From the human T2T-CHM13v2.0 reference genome, Homo sapiens, in NCBI RefSeq assembly GCF_009914755.1, contig NC_060927.1: 64,000 nt of DNA. One strand, written 5' to 3'. Below the pieces are notes generated by a model. The model worked only from the letters and a program-made list of their open reading frames with translations. It was not told the DNA's origin and did no database searches. How positions within the stretch are numbered: position 1 is the first letter of the stretch; each line of letters begins with the position of its first letter. A program made the translations under genes and the position numbers. Shown piece after piece: positions 25,791 through 43,882 of this stretch.

Positions 25791-26090
25791 AAACAAAACT
25801 GTGCTTATAAACAGCAGTAAAGTGCAAGAAAAGGGACTGGAGAAATACACATAAATATACACAGGATTATGCAAGAAAAAAGAAGGATTAGGCATAGGGT
25901 GCAAGCATGTCTGTTTTGTGCAATTCTATACTATGAATCATTGGCATTAGAATATAATTGAATATTCAAATTTTAAAGGAAAAATTAACATGCAAGATTT
26001 TCAGATAATTTGGGAAAATTAATCTGGAAAAGCTGAAAAAATAAAAGCAGAGAAAGAGCAAAGAAGCATTAAAAGCAAAAGGCATAAAAA

Positions 26091-26678
26091 TGAAACCATC
26101 CCTGTAAACTTTATAAAATTATTCAGGGAAGGAGGGAGGGGGAGAAATGAAAATAACCAAACTTGCAGCACATTCCACATTAATCATTAAGTCAGCTTGC
26201 TTTCTAACTTGCTTCCTCATAGTTGTTTGGTGCTTGTTTTCCTAGACCCTGTTACAAGATCATGGGTCCCTTTAACTGCTCTCTAGATAACAACTTGAAC
26301 ATTATGAAATGTTAAGTTTTCCCTTTGAGATATCTTTTCACTGAAACTACTGATGCCACCTGGTCTGAAGTACCCTACCAATGCCAACTACTCTGAAAGA
26401 CCACATGAGAAGCTGACTCAACAAAGGATGCAATTTCCACAACCTAATGTTCTTGTCTCCCCTTCCCCGACCAATCAACGACCCCAATTTTCTATCCCCT
26501 CCATCATCCCCTTAAAAGCCCCCATCAAGAACTCCTCTGGGAGATAAATTTGACAGTCTCTTCCCATCTCCTTGCTTGGCACCCTGAGATCATTAAACTC
26601 TTTCTCTGTTGCAAACTCTCTCAGTGTAATTGGTCTGTGACTGTGCAGCAGACATGTGAACCTGTTGGTCCTATAACA
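26091..26678 (+). mobile_element. Solo LTR, LTR26-like (ERV1/MER4 group)
   Basis: TG...CA termini (tgaaaccatccctgtaaactttataaaatt ... ggtcctataaca), ccaat, TATA-like cttaaaag and attaaa poly(A) signal in LTR order; 588 bp. Confidence 0.8.
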
Positions 26679-26929
26679 AAAGCAGGTAACAAAAATCTAA
26701 AGACTTTAAAAGACAAAGATTCTCAGGTGAGGAAATCAACAACCATTACTTGTAATTTAGAAAAGCATACAAGTTAGAAATAGATACCAGGCAAAAATTA
26801 ATACCTTTAAAAAGGGGTGGCAATGTTTTTATGAATAAAATATAACTCAGCGAAATAATTATTAAATGGGAAAAAGAAGTAATTTATATGGAAAAAGTTA
26901 CAACTTTCTAATAAATATCGTTTTATGTA

Positions 26930-30171
<3,242 letters not shown>

Positions 30172-30456
30172 AAAAGTTACAAAATAGTAATGTAAAAATA
30201 TCCTCCAGAATTATTCCTCATAATATACTGGCATATTTTTTCCAGTATGTATTATATGTATGTACTTTTTAAAAATACTATATAAGCACATGGTTCTTTT
30301 TTCTCATATACCTTCAAAATACATAATTATTAAAGTGGCTAAATTTAAGAAAGCAATTACTTTACATCTGTGGCGTCCTTCAGCAACTTATGTACCTATA
30401 ACATTATGTACCTATAACATTCACAACATTAACTTCTGTAGGTGGCATTATAGCTA

Positions 30457-32289
<1,833 letters not shown>

Positions 32290-32662
32290 ACAATGAGATC
32301 ACATGGACACAGGAAGGGGAATATCACACTCTGGGGACTGTGGTGGGGTGCGGGAAGGGGGGAGGGATAGCATTGGGAGATATACCTAATGCTAGATGAT
32401 GAGTTAGTGGGTGCAGCGCACCAGCATGGCACATGTATACATATGTAACTAACCTGCACAATGTGCACATGTACCCTAAAACTTAAAGTATAATAAAAAA
32501 ATAAAATAAAAATAAAAAACCTGAAACAAAAAAAAAAAGAAAAAATTTTTAAAACCAGCAGGATATTTTATGTAAATCCCTAGGTTTCTATTATATCAAA
32601 TAAAGAAATATTAAAATGACATAAAATAAAATAACTACAATGAGACTGCTTCCTTGAAGACA

Positions 32663-32790
32663 GCATAATGCAATGGTTAACAATAAGTTCTGAAGTCACA
32701 TGGCCTGCAGAGTGATCTAGAATCTATCACTTACTAAATTGTGTTACCTGGGGCAAACACTTACCTACTACTCCAAGCCTCAGTATTTTT
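32663..32790 (+). mobile_element. MIR SINE fragment
   Basis: gcataatgcaatggttaa...cacttactaaattgtgttacctggggcaa...aagcctcagt. Confidence 0.7.
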
Positions 32791-32879
32791 TTAAGTAAAT
32801 CTAACAAGGGAAAAAGGACATACATATGCATATGGATAATAAGACTTAATTTAAAATATGTAATATGCTATAATAATTA

Positions 32880-34530
32880 ATTTATTGTTGGGGTTAAATG
32901 TGTGAATTACAAGGACACATTATCAGAATTTACTAGAAAAGTTTAAAGCAGAACACATAGGAAAAACTGAAAGATTTATCTTTCATAAAAAGCAGCCCTC
33001 AAGGATTTGTGAGTCCCAGAAAGGATTCAAAGATACTATTTAAGCTATTCCAAAGTAAACGGGGCAGGGATGGAAGGCTTCCAAATGTATCTTTACAAAT
33101 AGAACCCTGATATTAAAACTTAACAAAAATAGTAAGTAGAAAGAAAACTATTAGAAGATTTTACTTTTAAATTTTAATTTAAAATTTCTAAATTAATTTA
33201 GGTAAATACATTCCAACAATATTTTAGAAGACTAAAAACCTCACTGTAGTTAATATTTATTCTAAAGAGCATTTTTCAAAATTTTAAACCCATTAATTTA
33301 ATCATCATTAGTAATTAATGTAAAGCAAATCAAAATGCTAGTGATATTACTGTACTAAGTTTCACCCAACAAATTGGTAAAAGTTTAGAAGAACTATAAT
33401 ATATGATAAAGTTGCATTTAAAACCAGTGAGGAAAGAATGAAGGGATTAATTAATAAAATGTGTGTGGGTCGTTGTCTATCTAGTGGGAACACTTATGTT
33501 CAGAATCATAACTCTATTACAAAAGAAAAAGAACCCAACCAAAGACATATCTTATCTAAAGAATAAAATAATAACATTATTAGAAGAAAAAACTGTAGGA
33601 ATATTCGAATATTCTCCTCCTCCTTTCCTCCTCCTCTTTCTTTGACTGCTCCTCTTCCTCCTCCTTCTCCTTTTCTCTCTCTTGTTTTCTCCATCTCTAT
33701 CTCTCTATATCTTAGTTTAAGTTTTAGTTCTAGTGTTGGAATGATCAGACTTCCAAGGTAATAAACAAAACTTAGTTTCAGAAGGGAGGAAAAAAAGATG
33801 GATTTGACTACAGAATAAATTTAAATTATGATGAAAACCATAAATGGGAGAAAATATTGTTAACACAGGCATAAAATTAATATGCTAAGAACTAAAAACC
33901 AGAAAGAAAAAGACAACCCAAGAGAATATCAATGAAAGTTATAAATTGCCAACCCACTGAAAAATAAATTTAAATAGCAAATCATTATGTAAAAAGATAC
34001 CTAACCTCAATAATAATTACAATGCAAATTTAAATAACAAGACTGCATTTTCACAAATTTAAGTTGTCAACTATCTAACTAGTTGAGAAGAACCAGTGAT
34101 AGTGATGATGTGGGAACCATGAAATCTCATACATTATAGAAACATAATATGATGAAATCATTTTAGAGGGCAATTTGACAGTATATAGTAAAATATAAAT
34201 TTTCATTTATTATTATTCAGCAATCTTACTTTTTAGGAATTTATACTATTGGAATAAGAAAGACAATACATGGAGATTAAGACAAGGATCTTCATTATAA
34301 CATGATTTCTAATAAAAAGAATAAAAACTTAAAGACAACTCAAATGTATGTTAATAATAAAATGTCTCTAAAAATACTATATAGCCATTCAACAGAATTC
34401 TATGCAGCTCTTAAAAAGAGAAAAGACCACTTGAATGTACTGGCCTACAGAGGTTTTCAGGACATCATAAGTAAAATTTAAAATGAAGTATCACTGATAG
34501 TATAATCCTTTTTGTAAGAAGAAAATGTGT
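32880..34530 (+). mobile_element. Ancient L1 (L1ME-like) fragments
   Basis: Degenerate ORF2 and 3' motifs (aaagaaaacta, atgcaaatttaaataacaaga, gggcaatttgacagta, cagcaatcttactttttaggaattta). Confidence 0.65.
33613..33710. repeat. CT-rich low-complexity tract
   Basis: (CCT/CT)n-like polypyrimidine run. Confidence 0.85.
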
Positions 34531-34589
34531 ATAAATTATTTGTATGTATAAATAATGATTTCTATTTTTCTGTTACTTAACAAATCTTT

Positions 34590-34956
34590 CTATCTCTCAT
34601 TTTTCTTTATTAGTTTTTTCTTTTAAATAGAGGATTCCCTTTATTTAAAATGCATCTGTTTTGAGTACTTCCTCTTGATTCCAAATGTTGAATTTATCAC
34701 AGCAGGTCTACGCAGAACTTCAAGAAAACACCAGCATATTAATAATTGGGGGCTGGAGCGGTCCAAAGGCTCCAGAATGAATGTCTTCCACATGACAGGT
34801 GTCCATGGTCTGTGACCAGTATGACTCAAGTCCACTGAGTAGGTGTTTCTATTGGTCTGACTTGTCCAAGGGACCAGAGTATTGGAGTCCACTGCCCAAG
34901 GGACCATAGTTATTGCAGTACATACTAACATGTTGATCTAGCACAGGCTGACTGCA
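34590..34956 (-). other. Candidate terminal exon carrying a 96-aa ORF (unverified)
   Basis: Minus-strand acceptor gtttctctctcag|TGC at 34956; ORF 34931-34641; AATAAA hexamers at ~34640-34645 and ~34606-34611. Confidence 0.25.
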
Positions 34957-35151
34957 CTGAGAGAGAAACGTGACATCCAAAGCAGAAAATATCAGAATAA
35001 AAGCTTATACTCTAAATATAGACAAAGATTGATGTCAGAGTAATCAACGGAAATTACTAAAAATTGAAGTGACAAGATACATCAGTCTTTCTAAGATCAA
35101 ATGTTAGGAGTAAAAAAGGAAAATAGTGTTGGCATCCAGTCGGTGACTCTT

Positions 35152-36025
35152 TCATCATTCAGCAAATGGTCATTGAGCACCAAAAATGTACCAAGAGTGG
35201 CTAACAGTTGAGGAGATAAGCGTGATCTCTCTCTGCTCAGATGGATTTGACAGTGGAGGGTGGAATACAGACAGTGAAACAGGCAAGCATAAGAAAGTAA
35301 TTAGGTGCTACGATAAGGGGACAGCCAGAGTGATGTGGGCCAACCTAGGAGTGACACCTCACTTCGGATTGCAGAGGGTGGGATAGTAAAGAGCAGGAAG
35401 GTGAGGAAAAAACCCAGGGTGGAAGTTCCATTTAAACTAGAAAGAACATCTCAAATATAGCCACATGAAGGAGTGAGAACTGGAGAGCACTTCAAGAAAA
35501 AGGTCCCAAAAAAGAGCAAGATCATGTCCTTTGCAGGGACATGGATGGAGCTGGAGGCCATAATTCTTAGCAAACTAACACAGGAGCAGAAAACCAAATA
35601 GCACATGGTCTCACTTTTAAGTGAGAGCTAAATTACGAGAACACATGGGCACATAGAGGGGAACAATGCACACTGGTGCCTGTCAGACGGTGGAGGGTGG
35701 GAGGAGGGAAAGGATCAGGAAAAATGACTAATGGGTACTAGGCTTAATACCTGGGTGATGAAATAATCTGTACACAAACCCCCATGACACAAGTTTATCT
35801 GTATAACAAACCTGCACATGTATGTCTGAACAGAAAATAAAAGATTTAAAAAAAAAAAAAAAAAAGACTTCCTGAGCCAAAGAGAGCACACAGCATTTGA
35901 GTGACTGTGGGAGAATCCCTGTGCCCACAGGGGCCTGAAAGCAAGAGAAGCAACGAGACATGAGATTGGACAGGAAAGCAGGGGCCAGGTGTGCAGGTAG
36001 AGTTGGTCTCAGATACTTTCCATGC
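35152..36025 (-). mobile_element. L2 fragment interrupted by the L1 at 35505-35865
   Basis: tcattcagcaaatggtcattgagcac antisense L2 3' end; purine-rich L2-like sequence on both sides of the L1. Confidence 0.6.
35505..35865 (+). mobile_element. Short 5'-truncated L1, L1PA13/14-like 3' end
   Basis: gatcatgtcctttgcagggacatggatgg...ctaatgggtactaggcttaatacctgggtgatgaaataatctgtaca; poly(A). Confidence 0.93.
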
Positions 36026-36364
36026 ACAACCCACAGTTGTGTGTGTATGAGTTTTACATTTTTTCCTATGTTATCATTAATGCAGGTTGACTAGTCATTT
36101 AAAAATTTTGTGTGCAGTATGATTTTCCATTTTGTTTCACTTTTCACTGAACATTTTGATAATATATCCTGTCTTTATTCATTGCACTGAAATGTTGCTT
36201 CTCCTTTCTCTGTTTTGCATAAAAGGATGAATAAGTTATGATGTAGAAGTGAATGTGCAGAATCCAAATCACCAACAAGCATAAATCCTGTCAAGAGTTA
36301 ATTTTCTCAACTTGATGCAGATTTACTTCATTTTGGAATCAGCATTTTATAAATATACAGATAT

Positions 36365-36697
36365 AGTCAGCCCCTCACATATGTAGATTCAACCAACTGT
36401 AATTTAAAATATTTGGGGAAAAAAGGACGGTTGTGTCTATATTAAACATGTACAGACTTTTTTTTTCTTGCCATTACTCCCACACAATACAGTAAAGCAA
36501 CAATTTGCATAGCATTTACATTGTATTAGGTATTAGAAGTAATCTAGAGATGATTTAAAGAACATGGGAGGATATGCATAGGTTATGTGCAAATACTATG
36601 CCATTTTATATAAAAGGCTGGAGCATCTGTGGATTTTGTTATCATCCGTGGGAGTTGTCCTGAAACTAATCCCCCATAGATATCAAGTGACAGCTCT
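36365..36697 (-). mobile_element. MER2 (TcMar-Tigger MITE)
   Basis: agcatttacattgtattaggtatt...aatctagagatgatttaaag...aaatactatgccattttatataa matches recalled MER2; TA flanks. Confidence 0.88.
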
Positions 36698-37982
36698 ATA
36701 TGCGTATAAATATATCCCTGCAAATATACATGTATACACATCCACATACTGGTATATGCATGGGGTCATACTCTATGTTCATTTCTTTAATGCATTGAAG
36801 CTTATATCTGCTGGTTGCCATAATTATTTCAAGTAAGCACAGTTAGGCACAGCAGGCTTTTTGTGCTAGCTGAACAAGTCATTTGTCAGATTATATTTGC
36901 TTTTTTCTTTACATGATAGCATTTCTTGCTCAGGGCTGTCCCAGTGTTTGGAAAGCAGGGGACCCAGAGAGCTATTCCGGAAATGAAATGTGGGGCTCCA
37001 GGTAACTGGCAATAAAGAAGTTGAAATTGGCAATTAAGAAACAAATAACTAAGCATTTGTGTTCCAGCACTTTAATGAGTTTAACCTGTGGTCTCAGAGA
37101 CCTGCTGTGGCCTAATGGAAATAGTAACCCCACCTCTCTTGGTAACGAATCAGAAAAACTGAAGCCTCACAAAGTGCAACTCAACTCTGAAGAGCACACA
37201 CAGCTTCCACCTAGGAAGAGAGTGGCATTCACAATGCAGTGTTTCAGAACACATATAATTCATGTGGAAAACTGTAGTATTTCTGACAGTGTCCACTAAA
37301 GAACACTTTTCTTCCTTAAAACCACCTGACAGCCTTCTATGACAATAAAGTTTAAAAAGTATTTACTGATTAAAGCCTTCTGAAAATATTTCAGCAGGTC
37401 ACTCAGATGATTTTTACTGTCCTAATTATACTGACCTATTACCATGTTCTTCTTATGTTTATTGTATTGAGAATTATATTATTATATTTTGATTTATATT
37501 CTATAGATGAATATTTCTTTTCAAGGTTCTATGGATAGCTGAAGGAAATGTTGGTATATACCCAGCCTTTAAATATCTCAAGGATATTTTAAGTTGTGTT
37601 TTATAAGCATTTGTAAATATTAAGCATTTTATATTTGGACCACTTTTGACCAACCGAACTCCACACAATTTCTGTGCCTTAACTGATGTTTCAGCACTAT
37701 TTTAACAGTGCTCTATTAAAGAAAGAGTAAAGATAGACTTTATTATTCAAAGAGGCTTTCAAGCCATGTGAAGGCAAATGGTGAGATGACAGTTGGTAGG
37801 GTGAAGATTCCACAACAGTTCTGAGTCATGATTCAGCCCACAAGAATGAAAGAATCCTGACCTGAAAAATACCATTCCATAGGAGGGAGGCCCAAATTCA
37901 TTCTGCATATAGTGTTGTGTTTTCTGCAAAATTTTATGTAATTTTTGTTAATTTCATGTATTTTAATTTATAGAGTTTTTAG

Positions 37983-38321
<339 letters not shown>

Positions 38322-39759
38322 GAAGCTATAATTTTAAGGAGTGTATAAAACTTTCAATAATTATACTTGTTTATATTTATGCAGGTAACATTATATAATA
38401 AAACCATTTTAAATCAACCTGAGGGGCCTGAAACACTTTGTTTTCCTTCAAAGGGGTGTCTGCACTCCTTGGGCTTAGAAACACTGCTCCTCTAGGGGTT
38501 CTTGTGACAACAATTAGATATTGAGTTTCTCAAACACAAGGCCTGTCTTTGCCTGTCTGTCCCTCAGGTCAAAAGTTGTGTACCTGCTTGCTAAATTACC
38601 AAGAAATGAATGGGACATGTTGTTAAAATGTTTTTATGTTCTTTTGCATCTGAATCCTTCTTCCTTGAACCCAAATATATGCCTTGTGGGATATTATGCC
38701 CTCCCATTATGTTCCACCAGGAGGGACATACACGTTCATCTCAGCAAATGTGGAAGCAGGACAGAATCAGTTATAAATTATCTCAAAACTGTTGCATGCT
38801 CTTTTTATCAGTTAAACTTGTCTTCAACAGAAAACTTACTAATTAAAAGGCCTAACTTGCCACATGTGTTGATTTCATGGGAGTAAAATTCAGAAAGTCA
38901 AAAAACATATTTTTTTTATGATTTGGCTTTTCTGGAAAATAATTTGAACTTGTGTCTCACTTGGCTTTACTATCATGGCCCCAACTCCCAGAGGAGTGCT
39001 ATATTTTGAAGTAGCAAAACCTCTGATTCCAAAGACCTGACACAAAACGAAATTCCACATGGAAAACTGAAACCCACCAATCGAGTATAGGCACAGCATG
39101 AAAATAACTTTCAAATCTCAGATATCATGCTATAATGGAATATGCTAAAAACAAAAACCAAAATAAACTTCTGGACAATAAAACAAGAGTATTAGTTACT
39201 GAAATATTAAGGAAGCTGATATACACACAGTATAAATAAAACTTTAAGTCATGCGATATAATAGTTCCATCCATTAAGCCTCATGGGGAATTCCAAGTAA
39301 ATTTCTCCAATTACAAAGTTATCTCTCTTATATCCTGAGAAACCGATAAATGCCTTGCAAAACATAGTTTAATGAAATCAGAAGCCTACTACTCTATATA
39401 ACTCTGCTGACATGAAATAGGATAAATAAGTTCTTTCTCAGTAACTAGATTCTGGTTCAGAAGTTCTGAGTCTACTGATCAGAAACTTAGGTGTCGATTT
39501 TGCTTTTTTTTAGTTTGTTTTTGCTATTTAAATTAGTAGCCTATTATAATAAATTTATAATATATTTTATATAACATATATCATAAAATTCAAATAATAC
39601 AAAGTATTAATTGAATAGATTAAAATTTGTGTCTATTAATTGAATAGATAATGTGAAAGTTATAGTTCCTTCCTTTTCTTCCCTCCAAATTCACTTTCTA
39701 GAGCTGACTACTATTTGCACTTCAGTTTCATGTTTCCAGAAAACTCACCATATACAGAA

Positions 39760-40122
39760 ATAAAGTGAGGAGAACTTAATAACTGCATTCAGTATAAAGT
39801 TGTGGCAGCATGGATGCAGGGAAAATGCAGTACCCTAGGGCTTTCACAGTGGGTGCCCTTACCTCCCTAGGACTGAGGGTGTTGTTACCAGGCCTGAAGA
39901 CAGACAGGGTATGTAGAGATGGATGCTTCACAGGAACCTAAATCAAGGGACACAGCCAGCTTACAGGGTTGGGGTCAGGGAAATAAAACTCTGCCCTTAC
40001 TCCTTTTTTCTAGACTCCTTCTGGGCTCCAACCAGATGTAGTTTGACATAGTCTGAGTGGCTCAGCCTTCAGGACCATAGAGCAGAATGGAGAAGGTGGG
40101 GTCAATGAAAGATTCCCAGCCT
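39760..40122 (-). mobile_element. Solo LTR, LTR33-like (ERVL)
   Basis: Reverse complement ggctgggaatctttcattgaccccaccttctccattctgctcta...gagttttatttccctg resembles the recalled LTR33 5' part. Confidence 0.6.
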
Positions 40123-40433
40123 ATTTGACTTACTGTTTTGCAACTTGTTTCTCACCTATTGATAAACGATGCGCATTTTGCTATATCAATTTATGAAAAT
40201 TCACCTCATTCTTTGTTCATTATGTCATAGAATTTCATTTCGTGGAATTATTAAATGATAGCTAGAACCTGAGACGGGAAAAGACATCCCCCAGCCCCAT
40301 GCAAGGCATTCTGAAGACTAGATTTCCACAGCTGTCCTTTGCTCAAAGTACTAGTAGCCTTCTCAAAAATGGTGCAGGGAAGGTTCATTGTTTGAGATCT
40401 TATGTGTAAAAATGCCTTTATGACTGAGTGTAG

Positions 40434-40857
<424 letters not shown>

Positions 40858-41369
40858 TAATCTCTAATTTCATAAACCATTATTGAGAAATAAGAGTAAA
40901 CATTATCTAAGTTTTCCTTTCCATAACTTTAGTAAATAATTTTCACAGGTTCACCTTGCCTCTGCATATATAAGGAACTCATTCCCTAGTGTTGTATAAG
41001 AGACTTTCTCTCTAAACCTCATGTGAACTTTGTATTTCTGTGTCCTCAGATTGAATGAAGACAGTACTAAGCAGGTCTGCATTTTCCAATGCAGAAGGTA
41101 TACGTATTTCCTGTGATACCTATCACCATCTTTTCTGCTGTTGTCAGAATCAGTATCTCCTATAAAGAGCTGAGAACAAACCTTTGTGCACAGATACTGA
41201 CAAAAATACAACATCAAGTTGACTCATATTTAGGGGAGCTGCAGTAGAACGAGGCTCCTTTTACATGGCCTCTGGCTATTGGAGAATTGATTTATTTTAA
41301 GGTGACTTTTAAAATCATGTGCAAGAAGGAGTACAGGAAAATACCAAATCCCCTTACCACACTGGTACC

Positions 41370-41530
41370 AGGCGGCTTCTGGCCAATCCCCCAGCTGCTG
41401 CTGAAATCCTATATCTCAGGTTGCATGGGTTAGTCCTTTTGCTTTTACCATTGAGAGTTGTAGTCCCTGCAAAGTATGGTGAGCGGCATTGCTGAGTCAG
41501 GGAGGAGCGTGGGGAGGGATCAAATACAGG
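41370..41530. promoter_or_regulatory. Candidate enhancer (MARE/ARE, CCAAT, E-box, GC-box cluster)
   Basis: GGCCAATC 41381, CAGCTG 41392, TGCTGAGTCA 41490-41499, GGGGAGGG ~41511; motif evidence only. Confidence 0.25.
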
Positions 41531-41722
41531 TGACTGCCCCTCAGGATGCTGCTACTTGGGGAGTGAGCAAGATGTTTACTCAGGATATCTGCTCAGCAGC
41601 ATAGACCCTGGGTTTCTCATGTGAGGATATACCAGGGGATGAGCTAAAATCCTTTCCTCATTTTCACTTGCCTTGATACATTGTTCATTTAGAGATGTTT
41701 GGGAATGAGAGAACTTCCAACA

Positions 41723-41777
41723 TTTCTTTTATTATTATTATTATTATACTTTAAGTTTTAGGGTACATGTGCACAAC
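41723..41777 (-). mobile_element. Extremely truncated young L1PA 3' end (~33 nt plus tail)
   Basis: (TTA)n tail followed by attatactttaagttttagggtacatgtgcacaa, the antisense of the L1PA terminal sequence seen at 32460-32495. Confidence 0.9.
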
Positions 41778-43882
41778 AGTTCTTGATTCCTTTAGGAAAT
41801 TTTTCAAGAAAGTAATCCATTACTGAACAATAGCTCTTATTACCAATGTCATTGCAATCTTTCGTGTGTGTATTTGTATTTATATTGACATTTCAGTGGG
41901 AAGATCATTAGGAAGCTAAATCTGCTAATGATCACAGTGAGGCATTTGGAACTTTAGGAATGTTGTGTTATTTTTTATCATTCATCCACAGGGGCTGATA
42001 ACCATGAACTGGACAACGAAAGGAAGTGCAAGTATTTTTGGTGCCTCTATGCTGGAGAAATAAACCTCTCCCATGGCCTTTCTGTTGGTTTGCTGAATTT
42101 TCTCTGTCAATTCTTCTGACACTGAGTTTCTCCAAATTTCTCCAGTGCTGAAGATGGAAGGTTTTGTACTTAAGGCCAGTTGCAACCCTTTGTCATAATA
42201 GCAACTCCCTTGTGCACTTCAAGGGAGGAATATTTCTCTGGGTATGAACAGGGGCACACATCAGAAGGAGGACAGAGTCTTTTGCCACCAGCATCCATCC
42301 ATGATGCTGAGCAAGAGCAGATCATGCAGAAAACCTCTCTGATTCCCTTCTCTGCTGTTTCCTCTCCTCTTTCCCCACAGCTCAGAGCAAGGTTAAGCAG
42401 TAAACAGAAGGTAGGACTGGTATGGGAGGATGTAATTTTTAACATCCAACATGAAAGCAGATCTCCAAACAAATTATTTGCTAAAATGTATTTTATTTAT
42501 TGTAAAAATAAAATAGAAGGAGAATATTAAATTAAAATTATTGAAATGGCAACATAGGTACAAACTGCCAGTTTTAACACTTTGTTCATTTCTAGCCTTT
42601 CTGAAGGTGCTGACGCAAATCTTAAAATGCAATTAAGACTACCTTGGGAGAAAGGACTAAAAGGCTGAATATAAATAGCTGTAGTCAGAGGCTCCCCACA
42701 AGAATGAAAATGGTGAGTGAATCCTGCACCGGAAACCAAGGTATCCAGGTTCTCTAATCGGGACTAACTAGGCCGTTGGTGCAACCCATGGAGAGCAAGT
42801 AAAAATAGGGTGGAGTGACAGCCCACCTGGGAGCCACATGGCTGTTGTTCCACCCCCAGCCAAGTGAGGCGGTGAGTAATTGTACTACCCCACCCAGGAA
42901 ATCACACTTTTTCCATGGATCTGTGCAACCCATGGATCAGGAGACCCCCCTTATGAGCCCATGCCAGCAGGGCCTTAGATCCCAAGCACAGAGCTGTGCA
43001 GAATTTCAGTGGCCACCCAGCTGGAGACTGCCCAAGACTACCAAGTTCTCGGGGGAGGAGCGGCTGCCATCACTGTGGCTGCCTGCTGCCTAGGACAACT
43101 AAGCTCCTGCGGGGAGGGGTGGCTGCCATCACTGCAGTTTCAGTCTGCAGTATTCCCCTGCCAGTGTCAGGGAGACTGGGTGATTTAGACCCAGGAGGAA
43201 TCCCCCACAGTGCAGCACAGCAGCTGTGGCAGATCATGGACAGACTACACCTTTAGGCAGGACCATGTCCCATCCCTACTCACTGGGTGGGGCCTCCCCA
43301 TGGGAATTTCTGCAATGCTAGCCAGGGGTTTATGGACATAACTCTGATCTCCCTGGGAGGGAGCCCCTGGGGGAAGGGATGGCCTCAGTCTTCATGATTC
43401 AGCAGACTTAGCCATTCCCCCTCCTGGCTCTTAAGAATCTAGGTAGTCTAGATGAGTGAGATTCCCCCCAGTGCAGTGCACCCCCTCCACCAAGGAGAAA
43501 TCAGAGTGCTTTGTTAAGTGGGTCATGCCTCCCGACTGGATGAGATCCCCTCAACATGGGTCACCAGACAACTTACACAGGAGCATTCCCACTAACATTT
43601 GGTTGGTGCCCCTCTGGGATGGAGATCCCAGAGGAAGGGGCAGGGAGCCATCTTTACTATTCTGCAGTCTCCACAGGTGACACCTCTAGGTGCAGGAGGG
43701 ACCCATGCAAATAGGGACTGGACTGGACCCCCAGCAAACAGAAGCAGACCCTCAGAAAAGGTGCCTGACTGTTAAAAGAAAAACAAACAGAAAGCGACAA
43801 CAGCATCAACCAAAAATTCCCCACAAAAACCCCATCCAAAGGTCAGCAGTCTCAAAGATCAAAGCTAAATAAACTCATGAAG

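Noticed and set aside
30388-30419. 16-bp tandem ttatgtacctataaca x2 (similar short direct repeat at 39605/39634)
   Set aside because: Ordinary slippage-type micro-duplications; not TSDs of the neighbouring elements.
41050-41097. Plus-strand 48-nt frame-preserving exon (LNEDSTKQVCIFQCR), plus an acceptor at 41991
   Set aside because: Weak donor (gtatac), peptide not recognised, and no convincing donor for the second candidate.
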